The notes: generated by a model not told the origin, from the letters alone. DNA of 58,036 nt from a virus (IMGVR_UViG_3300028840_000318:1-58036), one strand, 5' to 3'. Shown: positions 1-8,938, counted from the stretch's first letter. A program made the numbers and translations.

Positions 1-144
1 ACATACAGCACTTCAACGCTTCCACGGTCACCAGTGCGCACGCCTTCATGCACGTTGGTTGTTTCATCATTTGCTTGCATTGTCTTTGCTCCCCTGTTGG
101 TGGTTGTCAGGCACGTTGCACGTCATGGCCGTTGTCATTGTCCG
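1..144. repeat. Terminal direct repeat, identical to 57893-58036 (circular assembly overlap)
   Basis: Exact 144-nt identity with the window end; overlaps coding sequence. Confidence 0.95.
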
Positions 145-751
145 GCGTGTCAATGTCAATGGCTGTGGCCCGCACCCCTTTGGCTGAATCTGCCCATTGG
201 CCTTCATCAAATGCGTTAACAGGAAGTTCACCCGTCACCAACATGCCGCGCACGTTTTGGTTCACGGTCATGTTCTCCCTGTATTCCGGCATGTGCTTTT
301 TCATAACAAACTGCAACAGCGTGTCACTATATTTGCGCTTGCCGCCAATCCGGCCCATTGTGCGCACAACTTTCATGCCTTTGCCGTCAGCCTTTGGCAC
401 TTCTTTTGTGGTGCTTCCAAAGACCGGTTCAACCACGCCCTTGGTTGCACGGCGCACGGCTTCAGCTTCAAGGCTTTCATTGAAGACGTCTTTGGCGTCA
501 TCAATCAAGTTGGCAAAAGCCTTGTCTGCATCATAGTGGCGCTTGGCCGTCATGTATGACACGCCACACGCCTTGGCTGACTGCATGAACAAACCGGTTT
601 TTGCATAATGTTCCAAGAAGCGGGCCTTGCGCTTTGCATCAAACTTGGCAGGCGCACGGTTGCGTCTGCGCTTTGCTGGCGTCAAGTTGTCACCCCATGG
701 AATAACGCCCTGTTCATCAATTTGCTGTTCTATGCTTTTTGGTGCTGCCAT
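107..751 (-). CDS. terS: Terminase small subunit
   Basis: HTH-like SAKACGVSYMTA, LEAEAVRRATKG..EPVF and KYSDTLL motifs; GGGAG RBS before ATG 751; upstream of TerL across the junction. Confidence 0.8.
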   Translation of the reverse strand: MAAPKSIEQQIDEQGVIPWGDNLTPAKRRRNRAPAKFDAKRKARFLEHYAKTGLFMQSAKACGVSYMTAKRHYDADKAFANLIDDAKDVFNESLEAEAVRRATKGVVEPVFGSTTKEVPKADGKGMKVVRTMGRIGGKRKYSDTLLQFVMKKHMPEYRENMTVNQNVRGMLVTGELPVNAFDEGQWADSAKGVRATAIDIDTPDNDNGHDVQRA

Positions 752-785
752 ATTTGCGTTGCTCCCTGGTTGGTAGGTCTGCCAA

Positions 786-814
786 TCTATAACAACAGAA
801 GCGTCAATTGGCAA
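786..814 (-). promoter_or_regulatory. Candidate sigma70 promoter for terS/late operon
   Basis: TTGCCA-17 bp-TATAGA with TG extension. Confidence 0.3.
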
Positions 815-959
815 GCCTTTTGGTGGTCAACAGAAGTTACGTGTAACGGCAAGAAAACCACGCCAAAAAACCCAGGGGCGAAAACAGCACACGGTTGGCC
901 AGGGTCAAGCCACCCAGGTGAAGAAGCCCAGGAAGGCAAACAAGGCATTTCACCACCAC

Positions 960-1450
960 TGCACAACCATGCACAACTTCAGGCAGTCAAACGTCAAAAG
1001 GTTGTGCAGACCGCAAACTTTCAAATTCATTATAAATATATACTATATTACTTAACTTACTTAACCTTCTTAACTAAATAAAATAAAATAAAAAGAAACA
1101 GGCCACAAAGCCCTTCTTCCTGGGTTCCCTAATTTTTCCACAGCAATTTTGCAAAAACGTCAAGAAGGTTGTGCAGGCTGTTATGTAACTGAAATCAAAC
1201 GAAAAAAGTGCAATTTTTTCTGCACAACCCCAATTCATAGGTTGTGCGGTTGTGCAATTGCTGTATATATCTGTCATATACCTATATGACTTTTAACCTG
1301 ACTAAATCAGTCAAGAAGGCTGCACGGCCTTCCATCAGGGCTGTGCAATTTTCCGTCAAAAATGCCCGAAAAACGCGTTTTGGTTCCGTGCATATGCTCA
1401 CAAACCGCAAAAATTGGCAATTTTGCACAGCCTTGCCCTGTTTTTGCACA
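960..1450. other. Origin-like locus A (AT-rich, 9-mer repeats, iterons, DnaA-box matches)
   Basis: Non-coding; CTTAAC(C)TT repeats 1051-1075, TTTTCCACA 1134-1142, several TGCACAACC/GGTTGTGC copies; homologous to 31200-31450. Confidence 0.5.
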
Positions 1451-1735
1451 AGTAATTAGCAATTGGTCAAGCATATCCAAAAAGTGCTTAGAAGCCCGCC
1501 AATGGGCGCTTTGCCCAGGAAACAGGCAAAGTGCTGCACAGCCTTCCAAAAATAGGCTGTGCAGGGCGTCAGGGAGCCCACCACCGGCACCAAGCCAGGA
1601 AGGCAACACACAACCATGCAAAGACCGTCACGGCCACGCTGCCAGGGTAAGGCTTGCGCACGCTGACCACCGTGTCACGTATGGCAAGGCCAACCGCAAA
1701 AATGAACATGACCAAGCCCAGGTATGTTGATTGAA

Positions 1736-2503
1736 TCAGCATGACGTTTCAAAACCAAAGTTGCGTGCAATCAGCGCCCGTCTGTGGTCACAACCGGCGC
1801 ACCATGCAGCGTGTTCAAAGCTGTTTTCATTGAAGGTCATGCGGTCACGTTCCCACAGGTCAAAGCCACGCCAAAAGGCAACGGCAATGCACGCCTTCCA
1901 AAAATCACCATACTGTTCAGTCATCAGCTTCCACGGCAGGCCATGAAAGCGTTCAGGCGGGTTGTCAAGCCAATGCTCATACAGCATTTGAAGTTCAGGG
2001 TATGCAAAGAAGCTGCACGCGGTCACGTTGCCGTCAACGCGTTCTTCCGGCACGGGCTCCCCTTCCGGCACGGGCAGTTCACCAAGCGGGCAAAGTTCAG
2101 GGCCACAGTTGCCTTCATGGTCACGCGGGTTGTCACCGTGGTTGCAGTAAACAAGCGTTGGCGTCAAACCCTTTGGCCAATCCGGCCCGTCAGTGTGTTT
2201 GCTGCCTTCAAACTGGCAGCACTGGTTGAAGCACCCCTTGCCAAACCATGACGGGCCTGTGTCATGCCAGTGGGCGTGTTCTTCCACTTCCTTGGGCCTG
2301 TTGGTCTTGAACCATATGGCGGCATATTCATCCAATGTCATCTTGCCGTTGGAATGGTTCACAGCGGCCAGGGCGTCACTTAGGCATGGCCCGCACCCGT
2401 ACAACGTGAAGTCAGGGGTGACCTTGCCGATTGGAAAAACGGCACCACAGTGGTTGTCACACATTGTGCATTTCATTGGCCTGTTCTCCTTTTCTGTTTC
2501 CAT
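1736..2503 (-). CDS. Hypothetical Cys-rich protein
   Basis: 255-aa ORF with several CxxC pairs; last gene of the accessory run. Confidence 0.65.
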   Translation of the reverse strand: METEKENRPMKCTMCDNHCGAVFPIGKVTPDFTLYGCGPCLSDALAAVNHSNGKMTLDEYAAIWFKTNRPKEVEEHAHWHDTGPSWFGKGCFNQCCQFEGSKHTDGPDWPKGLTPTLVYCNHGDNPRDHEGNCGPELCPLGELPVPEGEPVPEERVDGNVTACSFFAYPELQMLYEHWLDNPPERFHGLPWKLMTEQYGDFWKACIAVAFWRGFDLWERDRMTFNENSFEHAAWCAGCDHRRALIARNFGFETSC

Positions 2504-2792
2504 GCCTGGGGCAATATCCGTTTTGCTTGCCGGTCATGGGGTGGCAGTGGCACGGCACGGCTTCCTTCAATGGCTCCCCACAATACAGGCAGTTGGTGAA
2601 GCGCCCTTTGTTGACGTGGCCACAGTCTGCACAAACAATGTCACGGTCAAGCGCCGCACTGGCAGCACGTGCCAATTCACGCCGCCACCGTTGCAGGTGG
2701 TCAGCCAAAAAGTCACGGTTGACCTTGTATTCAAGGGCGTCACCCGTAAAGATTGCCGCGTCAACAGCGTCAACTGTTTCTTGAAAACTCAT
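2457..2792 (-). CDS. Hypothetical zinc-ribbon protein
   Basis: CADC...CLYC; ATGA coupling to the upstream gene. Confidence 0.65.
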   Translation of the reverse strand: MSFQETVDAVDAAIFTGDALEYKVNRDFLADHLQRWRRELARAASAALDRDIVCADCGHVNKGRFTNCLYCGEPLKEAVPCHCHPMTGKQNGYCPRHGNRKGEQANEMHNV

Positions 2793-3013
2793 GCTTTCAC
2801 CTTTTCCCATTTGGTTAATTGTTTGACGGCTTGGCCTGAAGCTGACCAACCATTTGGTGCGGTCAGGGTAAAAACTTCATGCGTGGTCATGTCCGTCAGC
2901 TTATAATAACCGGCCACCACCTTTGTCAGCTTGTACATGTTGCCGGTTGCCTTCACGGTCATCACAGTGGCCATTGGCCCGTTTGTGAATTCAATGTCAC
3001 GTTGGTGCGCCAT
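2789..3013 (-). CDS. Hypothetical protein
   Basis: ATG 1 nt after the upstream stop; tiles with neighbours. Confidence 0.6.
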   Translation of the reverse strand: MAHQRDIEFTNGPMATVMTVKATGNMYKLTKVVAGYYKLTDMTTHEVFTLTAPNGWSASGQAVKQLTKWEKVKA

Positions 3014-3014
3014 A

Positions 3015-3287
3015 TCACCAAACCCCGTCTTCATCCGGTTCAGGTTCACTTTGCAGGTGGTCAAGTATTTCATCGGCAATCAGTTCAAGCGCCGCTTCCG
3101 GCAGGTCAAGGGCTCCCCTGGGCGTTGTGACTTTGAAAACGTTCACCTGGGCAGCAAAATGCGGGCTGTGGCGTGTCTGCCGTTCTTCCGGTTCAAATTC
3201 ATATTCAGCGTCAACTTCCACCGTGCTGCCGTCTTCAAGTTCAACGTCAGTGGTGAAGGTGCTTGTGTGGTAAAGTGGTTTCTTCAT
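3015..3287 (-). CDS. Hypothetical acidic protein
   Basis: 90-aa D/E-rich ORF; ATGA overlap. Confidence 0.7.
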   Translation of the reverse strand: MKKPLYHTSTFTTDVELEDGSTVEVDAEYEFEPEERQTRHSPHFAAQVNVFKVTTPRGALDLPEAALELIADEILDHLQSEPEPDEDGVW

Positions 3288-3490
3288 TCCGTCACCTTGA
3301 AGCTTTCATAAATGTCTTCAACTTTCACAAAGCGGATTTCAGGCACGTCAACCGTGACGCCCAGGTCAGCGGCCATGCCGGTCACGTCTGCCTGCATGAC
3401 GTTGGGCAGGCCAACTTTGCGGCACCTGAAGCGTATTGTGTGGCCTATGGGTGCCACCTTCCGTATGCGTTCAACTTTGTCTGCGTTCAC
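3284..3490 (-). CDS. Hypothetical protein
   Basis: GGGGTG RBS, GTG start, coupled to the next gene. Confidence 0.65.
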   Translation of the reverse strand: MNADKVERIRKVAPIGHTIRFRCRKVGLPNVMQADVTGMAADLGVTVDVPEIRFVKVEDIYESFKVTE

Positions 3491-3523
3491 GTTTCACCCC
3501 TTCAATTTGTTATGGCAAAATAT

Positions 3524-3700
3524 TCAACGGCGCTGCCGTTTCACTTCTTCAATTGGTTGCCATTCAGTTACAAGGCGGCAGGCTGTTTTGCTGTTTCTAT
3601 GGATGAAGGCCAAGTTGCGCTTGCGCATGTTCCCTTTGCACTTGTGCGCAACCCTGTCACCAAGGTTGCGCCCACAGTGCATACATTTCCAGGGCTTCAA
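3524..3700 (-). CDS. Small basic Cys/His protein (58 aa, not in ORF track)
   Basis: Manual translation MKPWKCMHCGRNLGDRVAHKCKG...; TTGA overlap with the upstream stop; fills the gap. Confidence 0.5.
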   Translation of the reverse strand: MKPWKCMHCGRNLGDRVAHKCKGNMRKRNLAFIHRNSKTACRLVTEWQPIEEVKRQRR

Positions 3701-3999
3701 CGTGGCACCCCAAGTTTGGTCAAGCTGACTTCATAACCACAACTGCTGCATTTGATTGACAACCAGTGGCGTGGCGTGCCTTTGGCAATCACCCAACCGC
3801 CGTCATGTTCATACATGTCAACCTTGCCCATGTTCAGCGTTGCGCCGCAAGACACGCACAGGTCTGACGTGCATTGGTCAACATACTGGCGCAAACTGTC
3901 AAGAATCTGCGCGTTTTGCGCGTCATCAAAAATGGTGCCTTCATCAGTGGTGTAAAATATGGGTGCCTTGTCTTTTTCCGTTGTGTAATGTCTTGCCAT
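3697..3999 (-). CDS. Hypothetical zinc-finger protein
   Basis: AGGAG RBS; CVSC...CSSC. Confidence 0.7.
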   Translation of the reverse strand: MARHYTTEKDKAPIFYTTDEGTIFDDAQNAQILDSLRQYVDQCTSDLCVSCGATLNMGKVDMYEHDGGWVIAKGTPRHWLSIKCSSCGYEVSLTKLGVPR

Positions 4000-4056
4000 G
4001 GTTCCGTTCTCCTTTTGGCCCAGGGCGTTGAAGCCCTGGGCAGTTTGGGGTGGTCG

Positions 4057-4227
4057 TTAGGCGTTTTCAGCTTGGTGCAGCCATGCGGCCATGACTTCAG
4101 GGCTGAAGCTGTTCAGCTTATCAAAGGCCAGGGCCTTGGCTTCTTCAAAGTCAGCGCCCGCGTCAACAAAACGTGCAACCAAGTTCAGGGCAATCAGGCT
4201 GTATTTTTCAAAGTCTTTGTTTTCCAT
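4057..4227 (-). CDS. Small hypothetical protein (56 aa, not in ORF track)
   Basis: Manual translation MENKDFEKYSLIALNLVARF...; AAAAGGAGC RBS and own promoter. Confidence 0.7.
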   Translation of the reverse strand: MENKDFEKYSLIALNLVARFVDAGADFEEAKALAFDKLNSFSPEVMAAWLHQAENA

Positions 4228-4261
4228 GTTGTTGCTCCTTTTCTGTGTTAGTGTTGATTCT

Positions 4262-4290
4262 AAGTTAACGCATTGTTAACAGCTTGTCAA
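4262..4290 (-). promoter_or_regulatory. Cassette sigma70 promoter P1
   Basis: TTGACA-17 bp-TAACTT with upstream A/T tracts. Confidence 0.75.
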
Positions 4291-4311
4291 CACCTTTTTC
4301 AAGAAAAGTTT

Positions 4312-4331
4312 GGGAGCCCTTGCGGGCTCCC
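4312..4331 (-). repeat. Conserved hairpin GGGAGCCC-GCAA-GGGCTCCC (copy 1 of 5)
   Basis: Perfect 8-bp stem, 7 nt after a stop codon. Confidence 0.85.
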
Positions 4332-4338
4332 TTGCGGC

Positions 4339-5574
4339 TTAGGCTTTCAACACGCCCTTCACGCGGGTCAACATGGTCTGCTTTTCACCCTTGAATTCAT
4401 CATGCTTCTTGACAGTGCCGTCAATGGTCAGGTGGTCACCCTGGCAGGCTCCCCAGGCGTCACCACTGTACCAAGTTTTATAAATGTTGCCGGAAGCGTC
4501 ACGGAAGCTGTACAGGGTTTTCATGCCCCATTCATTTTCAAAGTCACGGTTGTAAATACATTGCACCTTAATGCCCTTCAGGCGTTCACCAACGGCACCA
4601 ACGTGATTGCTTTCACCGTGCTTGGCCTTCATCAATTCACGTTCCTTCAGCTTCAGGGCGTGGCGCTGATAGCTTGAAACCATGCTGACGGCCAAGCCCA
4701 TGTATTTGGCAGGCACAAAGCCAATTTCAATCAGCTTGCAACAGTTCAACAGGTAATCATTGTTTTTGTGTTCAACGGTCTGCCAGTATTCCCAGGCCAA
4801 GCGGGCTTCTTCTTTGTCTTCTTCCGTCACGCCGCCAACCTTCAGTTCTTCCGGCATATTTGGCCAGGGGTTCAGGTTGTCAATTACGTGGTCAGCGGTT
4901 GCGGGTCCGGCTGCATCATTGTGCATGGCCTTGCCGCGTGACATCCAACCCCAATGACGGATACAGGCGGCTGACATGACAAAGGTTTCAGGGAAGTCAT
5001 AACCGTAACAGTCAGAATTGTTTTTGAAACCCTTTTCTTCATCCAGGCAACCAACAATGCCTGAAAGCAGTATGCTGGCCTTGAACATAAAACCGGCAGG
5101 GTCGTGGAAGCCAAAGAAGTCTTTGACACAAGTGGTGCCAACCTGCATGTATTCATTGGTTTCAATGTGGCGCACCAAAATGCTGTGCTTGCGTGCGCGT
5201 TTGTGGCCACAGTGGTCACAGTCAATGCGGTCAAGGTGCTTGTATTTGTCCGGCACCACCTGCCCAGGAACGGCGGCAACCATGACCACGTTGCCAAACA
5301 GGTCAAGGCGTGCAACCAGTTCATACCCGTTCAAGGTAGGAACGGCAAAGGTCAGCGTGGCGTCAATCATGTCAAACTTCCAGGCAGGGTCAAGCTTGCG
5401 GCCATTCAGCGGGTGTTGATTCAATTCTTTGACGTGCGGGTTGTCAAAGGTCAGCACCAACGGGTCACAACCAAGCTTGGCCGCTTTGCGGTTCAGCTTG
5501 TCAATTGCTTTTTGCAGTTCTTGGCGGTTGTAAGCTGGAATGGTTTCTTTTTGGGTGGTCATTTCCTGCGTCAT
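4339..5574 (-). CDS. Phage protein with Zn-finger and C-terminal OB-fold-like domain
   Basis: 411 aa; CDHC...GTTC; C-terminal IDGTVKKHDEFKGEKQTMLTRVK is OB-fold-like. Confidence 0.7.
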   Translation of the reverse strand: MTQEMTTQKETIPAYNRQELQKAIDKLNRKAAKLGCDPLVLTFDNPHVKELNQHPLNGRKLDPAWKFDMIDATLTFAVPTLNGYELVARLDLFGNVVMVAAVPGQVVPDKYKHLDRIDCDHCGHKRARKHSILVRHIETNEYMQVGTTCVKDFFGFHDPAGFMFKASILLSGIVGCLDEEKGFKNNSDCYGYDFPETFVMSAACIRHWGWMSRGKAMHNDAAGPATADHVIDNLNPWPNMPEELKVGGVTEEDKEEARLAWEYWQTVEHKNNDYLLNCCKLIEIGFVPAKYMGLAVSMVSSYQRHALKLKERELMKAKHGESNHVGAVGERLKGIKVQCIYNRDFENEWGMKTLYSFRDASGNIYKTWYSGDAWGACQGDHLTIDGTVKKHDEFKGEKQTMLTRVKGVLKA

Positions 5575-5626
5575 GTTGTTTGCTCCTTTTCTGTGTTGTG
5601 GGCATGTGCCGCCCGTGTTGAGATAT

Positions 5627-5655
5627 AAACTAACAACATGTTAACCCATTGTCAA
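5627..5655 (-). promoter_or_regulatory. Cassette sigma70 promoter P2
   Basis: TTGACA-17 bp-TAGTTT, followed by ATATCTCAACA and the GGGCGGCACATGCCC leader (5600-5614). Confidence 0.75.
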
Positions 5656-5679
5656 CAGGAAAATGCAACTTTTTTCAAA

Positions 5680-5877
5680 TTATTTTTCAAGCTGTTCAAT
5701 TATCCGGTCACCATAACGGTTCAGCGGGAAAATGTCAAAGTGCGTGGCGTCACCCTTGGCAATCCTTGACCGGCACGCGTCAACTTCAACCGTGGCACTT
5801 AGCAAGCCACGGTTGCTGACGTCAAGCAACAGGCGTTTACCATTCCACAATTTGATTCTAACGTCATATGGCTGCAT
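5680..5877 (-). CDS. Hypothetical protein
   Basis: MQPYDVRIKL... overlaps the end of the radical-SAM gene. Confidence 0.5.
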   Translation of the reverse strand: MQPYDVRIKLWNGKRLLLDVSNRGLLSATVEVDACRSRIAKGDATHFDIFPLNRYGDRIIEQLEK

Positions 5878-6709
5878 AATTACCACCCAACAACTGACCA
5901 CAGGCGGCTTGTATGCTTGCGCCGTCAGTTCTGTAACGTTCCACCACCATGCCACGCCTGCGTAACTGCATGGCAAGGCGTGCAACGGTCTTTTCAGCAC
6001 TTGGCTTGAAGAACACCGTGCCAATGGGGTTGTATTGCGTCAACTTGATTGTCATGCCTTTGAAATATCGGGCCACTTCAACGGCTTCAAGGGCTGTGTC
6101 ATTTATGCCCATGATTGGCATGAAATTCAATTCAATTTGGTCTTGGCTGAAGCCAAGCGCAAACATGTGTTCAACGGCATACAACAGGTTGTTGAATTGT
6201 GGTGCAGGGTTGCCAAACAGGTTGCCGCGCACGTGCCACCTGACGGCATGAAGTGACAACTGCACCTTGAAGGCTTTTGGGTCAACCGTGCCTTGCGCCG
6301 CAATGATGGTTTTGACAAAATATTCAAGTTTTGGCACCATTGTTGCAAATGCCAAGCGGTTGCCGCTTTCAATCATCATTTTGACATATTCAGAAAAATA
6401 CGGGTTCAAGGTTGGTTCACCCACGCCCATGGCTGAATACAACAGCGGCTTGTCATGGCCGGTCATGGCGTGGCAGTTCATCATTCTTGACGTCTGCACA
6501 ACAAGTTCATCAGCGGTCAGGTTGCGCACAAAGCGGCCAGCACGGCAGAAGCGGCAGGCCATGGGGCAACCAATCTGCGTTGAAAGGCACACAATGTTCT
6601 TTTCAGGGCGTTGGACAAAGACGGCTTCAACGTCACGGTCATCATGGGTGGTGAAGACCACCTTGGTGGCGGTCTTCTTCCGGTTCTTCTTCAGGGTCAC
6701 AGGTTCCAT
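5864..6709 (-). CDS. RlmN/Cfr-family radical-SAM methyltransferase
   Basis: VCLSTQIGCPMACRFC (CxxxCxxC plus upstream Cys), RNLTADE, MGVGEP, SLHA, GINDT, YNP, IQAACGQL. Confidence 0.9.
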   Translation of the reverse strand: MEPVTLKKNRKKTATKVVFTTHDDRDVEAVFVQRPEKNIVCLSTQIGCPMACRFCRAGRFVRNLTADELVVQTSRMMNCHAMTGHDKPLLYSAMGVGEPTLNPYFSEYVKMMIESGNRLAFATMVPKLEYFVKTIIAAQGTVDPKAFKVQLSLHAVRWHVRGNLFGNPAPQFNNLLYAVEHMFALGFSQDQIELNFMPIMGINDTALEAVEVARYFKGMTIKLTQYNPIGTVFFKPSAEKTVARLAMQLRRRGMVVERYRTDGASIQAACGQLLGGNYAAI

Positions 6710-6710
6710 A

Positions 6711-7598
6711 TTATTCACCTTCCTGGGCCTTGGCAATCAGGCGGTCAATGGTCTTCAGGTGCGCGTTCTCTTGGTCAATGACGGCCTGCAAGGCAATGGG
6801 GTCACGCACGCCGTCAATCTGTTCTTCAATCAGGTCTGCAATGTACGTTGGCGTCAGGGCGTCAAGTTCCCAACTTTCACGGCCATACCGCACAATGTAA
6901 CCTTCTGCCCTGCTATCGGTCAACTTTGTGGGGTTTGGTGGCGGGCCAATTTCATCCACCTGGGGCATGTTCAGGGCAATGCGCCTGACTTCCGTGGCGT
7001 GGCAACCAAACAGCTTCAGGCGGTCACTAATGTCACGGGTCATGTCAATGCCGCTTGGGTCATGGTCACCCAGGTGCAGCACCAACGGCCAAAGCCCTTG
7101 GTCTTCATACTGGCGCAAGCGCATGGCCGCGTTCCACAGTTCTGATTGGCTTGTGTATCCACGGCAACTGAAAAATGCCACGTCATTGCGGTTGCATGGC
7201 TTCTGAATGACGCCAACCAAGGCGTCTTTTTCAATCCACACTTCAACGCGCCGTTCCTGGCCCTGCCAACGGTCCATGAAGAAGCTGTTTTTTGCTGCCC
7301 GCATAACCTGGGAAGGCGTCAGCCAATGGCTTCTTGCTTTCAGGTTGCGGGTGCGGTCAACAACAGCGTTCCATGAAATCAAACCGGCAAGCCTGCCGTC
7401 ACTGACAATGCTGCCAAGGCGCTTGTAATTGCGTTGCTTGTTTTCAAGCCACCCACGGGCAACAAACTGGTAATACAATTGGCGCAAGGTCAGGTCAAAG
7501 CCCTGGCCCGCATATTCATCAATAATGTCATTGGCCTGATTAATGATTGAAAGGCTTGAAGCTGCAAAGCGTTTTTCAATGTACGCAATGTGTGTCAT
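6711..7598 (-). CDS. Toprim-domain protein (Topo VI-A/Spo11/JetD-like architecture)
   Basis: LTLRQLYY winged helix, EVWIEKDAL, RGYTS, GDHDPSG (DxD), WELDAL. Confidence 0.75.
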   Translation of the reverse strand: MTHIAYIEKRFAASSLSIINQANDIIDEYAGQGFDLTLRQLYYQFVARGWLENKQRNYKRLGSIVSDGRLAGLISWNAVVDRTRNLKARSHWLTPSQVMRAAKNSFFMDRWQGQERRVEVWIEKDALVGVIQKPCNRNDVAFFSCRGYTSQSELWNAAMRLRQYEDQGLWPLVLHLGDHDPSGIDMTRDISDRLKLFGCHATEVRRIALNMPQVDEIGPPPNPTKLTDSRAEGYIVRYGRESWELDALTPTYIADLIEEQIDGVRDPIALQAVIDQENAHLKTIDRLIAKAQEGE

Positions 7599-7795
7599 TT
7601 GGCTTGCTCCTTTTCTTTATTGTCAAACATCACCAGCACGTCAACATTGCCACAGATGAAGTCAAGCGTGTCAACATACTGCACGTCAAGGTCACCATGG
7701 CAACGTGCAATCACCTTGAAGCGGTCACGGTACACGTCACGTGCAGAAGACCAAAAGGCCACCGGCTTGCTGCACATTTGGCACATAATTTTCAT
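7595..7795 (-). CDS. Hypothetical protein
   Basis: 66 aa, ATGA coupled on both sides. Confidence 0.6.
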   Translation of the reverse strand: MKIMCQMCSKPVAFWSSARDVYRDRFKVIARCHGDLDVQYVDTLDFICGNVDVLVMFDNKEKEQAK

Positions 7796-8286
7796 TTTTT
7801 GCCTGCTTCCATTTCCAAAAGGGTTACCATGCGGTTAATGCGTTCCTGACGGTCAGCCACGTGATATGGCAAGCGGGCAACAATGCGCCCACTGTTGTCA
7901 GTAATGACCACCGTTGAATTGGGTGGCACAGCGTCACCGTCACGGCTTCTGCGCCACGTCTTGCCCTGGGCTGTGCGTATGCTTGGCATGAAGCGCACAA
8001 CCGGCCTTGGTGCTTCTTCCACTTCCCTGGGCTTGAAGCTTTCAGGGTTCTTGTTGATTGAGTAAAAAACCGCCCGCGTGCCGTTGGTCTTGCGGTCTTT
8101 GGCCAGCACCACGCCATTGGCACACAGGTTTTCAAGTTGCTGCCGCACCTGTGCCGCCGTGAAGCGGTCAACGCCAATGGCCTTGTGAATTTCCACGCGT
8201 TTGGGGTTGCCCAGGAAGGCCACGGCCTGCCGCACTTCTTCACGTAATGCCAACACTTCATGCTTCTTCAGTCTTTTCAATGGCAC
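7792..8286 (-). CDS. Putative winged-helix DNA-binding protein
   Basis: N-terminal EIHKAIG...QVRQQLENLCANGVV...VFYSI pattern; AGGAG RBS. Confidence 0.5.
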   Translation of the reverse strand: MPLKRLKKHEVLALREEVRQAVAFLGNPKRVEIHKAIGVDRFTAAQVRQQLENLCANGVVLAKDRKTNGTRAVFYSINKNPESFKPREVEEAPRPVVRFMPSIRTAQGKTWRRSRDGDAVPPNSTVVITDNSGRIVARLPYHVADRQERINRMVTLLEMEAGKK

Positions 8287-8306
8287 TGTTCATGCTCCTT
8301 TGTTAT

Positions 8307-8326
8307 GGGAGCCCTGGCGGGCTCCC
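8307..8326 (-). repeat. Conserved hairpin, copy 2 (loop GCCA)
   Basis: Same stem; 9 nt after a stop, just before the next RBS. Confidence 0.85.
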
Positions 8327-8335
8327 TTGGTTGAA

Positions 8336-8533
8336 TTAATGGCTGACGGTCAAACCTTCAGCCACACAGGCGTCAATGAATTGGGTGGTGCCATGGCGCA
8401 ACAGCGTAATGCCGCACACGCCTTGGCCACAGTGACGGACCAAGAAGCGCTTGGCCACTGGCGTCACGGGTTCAACGTCAATGTGGGTGTTGGGGTTGGA
8501 AGTTGCGGAAGGTTTGAAAATGAAGTCAGCCAT
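8336..8533 (-). CDS. Hypothetical protein
   Basis: AAGGAG RBS; flanked by two hairpin copies. Confidence 0.7.
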   Translation of the reverse strand: MADFIFKPSATSNPNTHIDVEPVTPVAKRFLVRHCGQGVCGITLLRHGTTQFIDACVAEGLTVSH

Positions 8534-8553
8534 GTGACGGCTCCTTTTTTAGT

Positions 8554-8573
8554 GGGAGCCCTTGCGGGCTCCC
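8554..8573 (-). repeat. Conserved hairpin, copy 3 (loop GCAA)
   Basis: Same stem; 8 nt after a stop. Confidence 0.85.
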
Positions 8574-8581
8574 TGTTAATG

Positions 8582-8842
8582 TTAAGCGGTTGCGCGTTTG
8601 CGGGCCGCGTCATACAGTGGGTGGTCTTCAAACAGCACAACCTTGCCCTTTTCATGGTAATCAGTCATTATGTCACTGTTGTTGCTGTACTCGTCAGAAA
8701 AAATCAGGTGAAGGTCATTCATGTAATCTTTGGCATAAATGGTGACACACTTGCGGTTGTCAATGCGGTTGTCAACTGCATAGTGAACACGGCTTTTGTT
8801 GGTTCCGTCAGTTACGTTGAATTTGTTGAATTTGATTGACAT
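8582..8842 (-). CDS. Hypothetical protein
   Basis: 86 aa, strong RBS, first gene after P3. Confidence 0.75.
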   Translation of the reverse strand: MSIKFNKFNVTDGTNKSRVHYAVDNRIDNRKCVTIYAKDYMNDLHLIFSDEYSNNSDIMTDYHEKGKVVLFEDHPLYDAARKRATA

Positions 8843-8878
8843 GTTGTTTGCTCCTTTTCTGTGTTGTTGTTGAGATAT

Positions 8879-8907
8879 AAACTAACAGCTTGTTAACGCT
8901 TTGTCAA
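8879..8907 (-). promoter_or_regulatory. Cassette sigma70 promoter P3
   Basis: TTGACA-17 bp-TAGTTT, ATATCTCAACA, TAACA-N3-TGTTA dyad. Confidence 0.75.
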
Positions 8908-8938
8908 CACCAAATTCAACATTTTTTCATTTTTTTTT

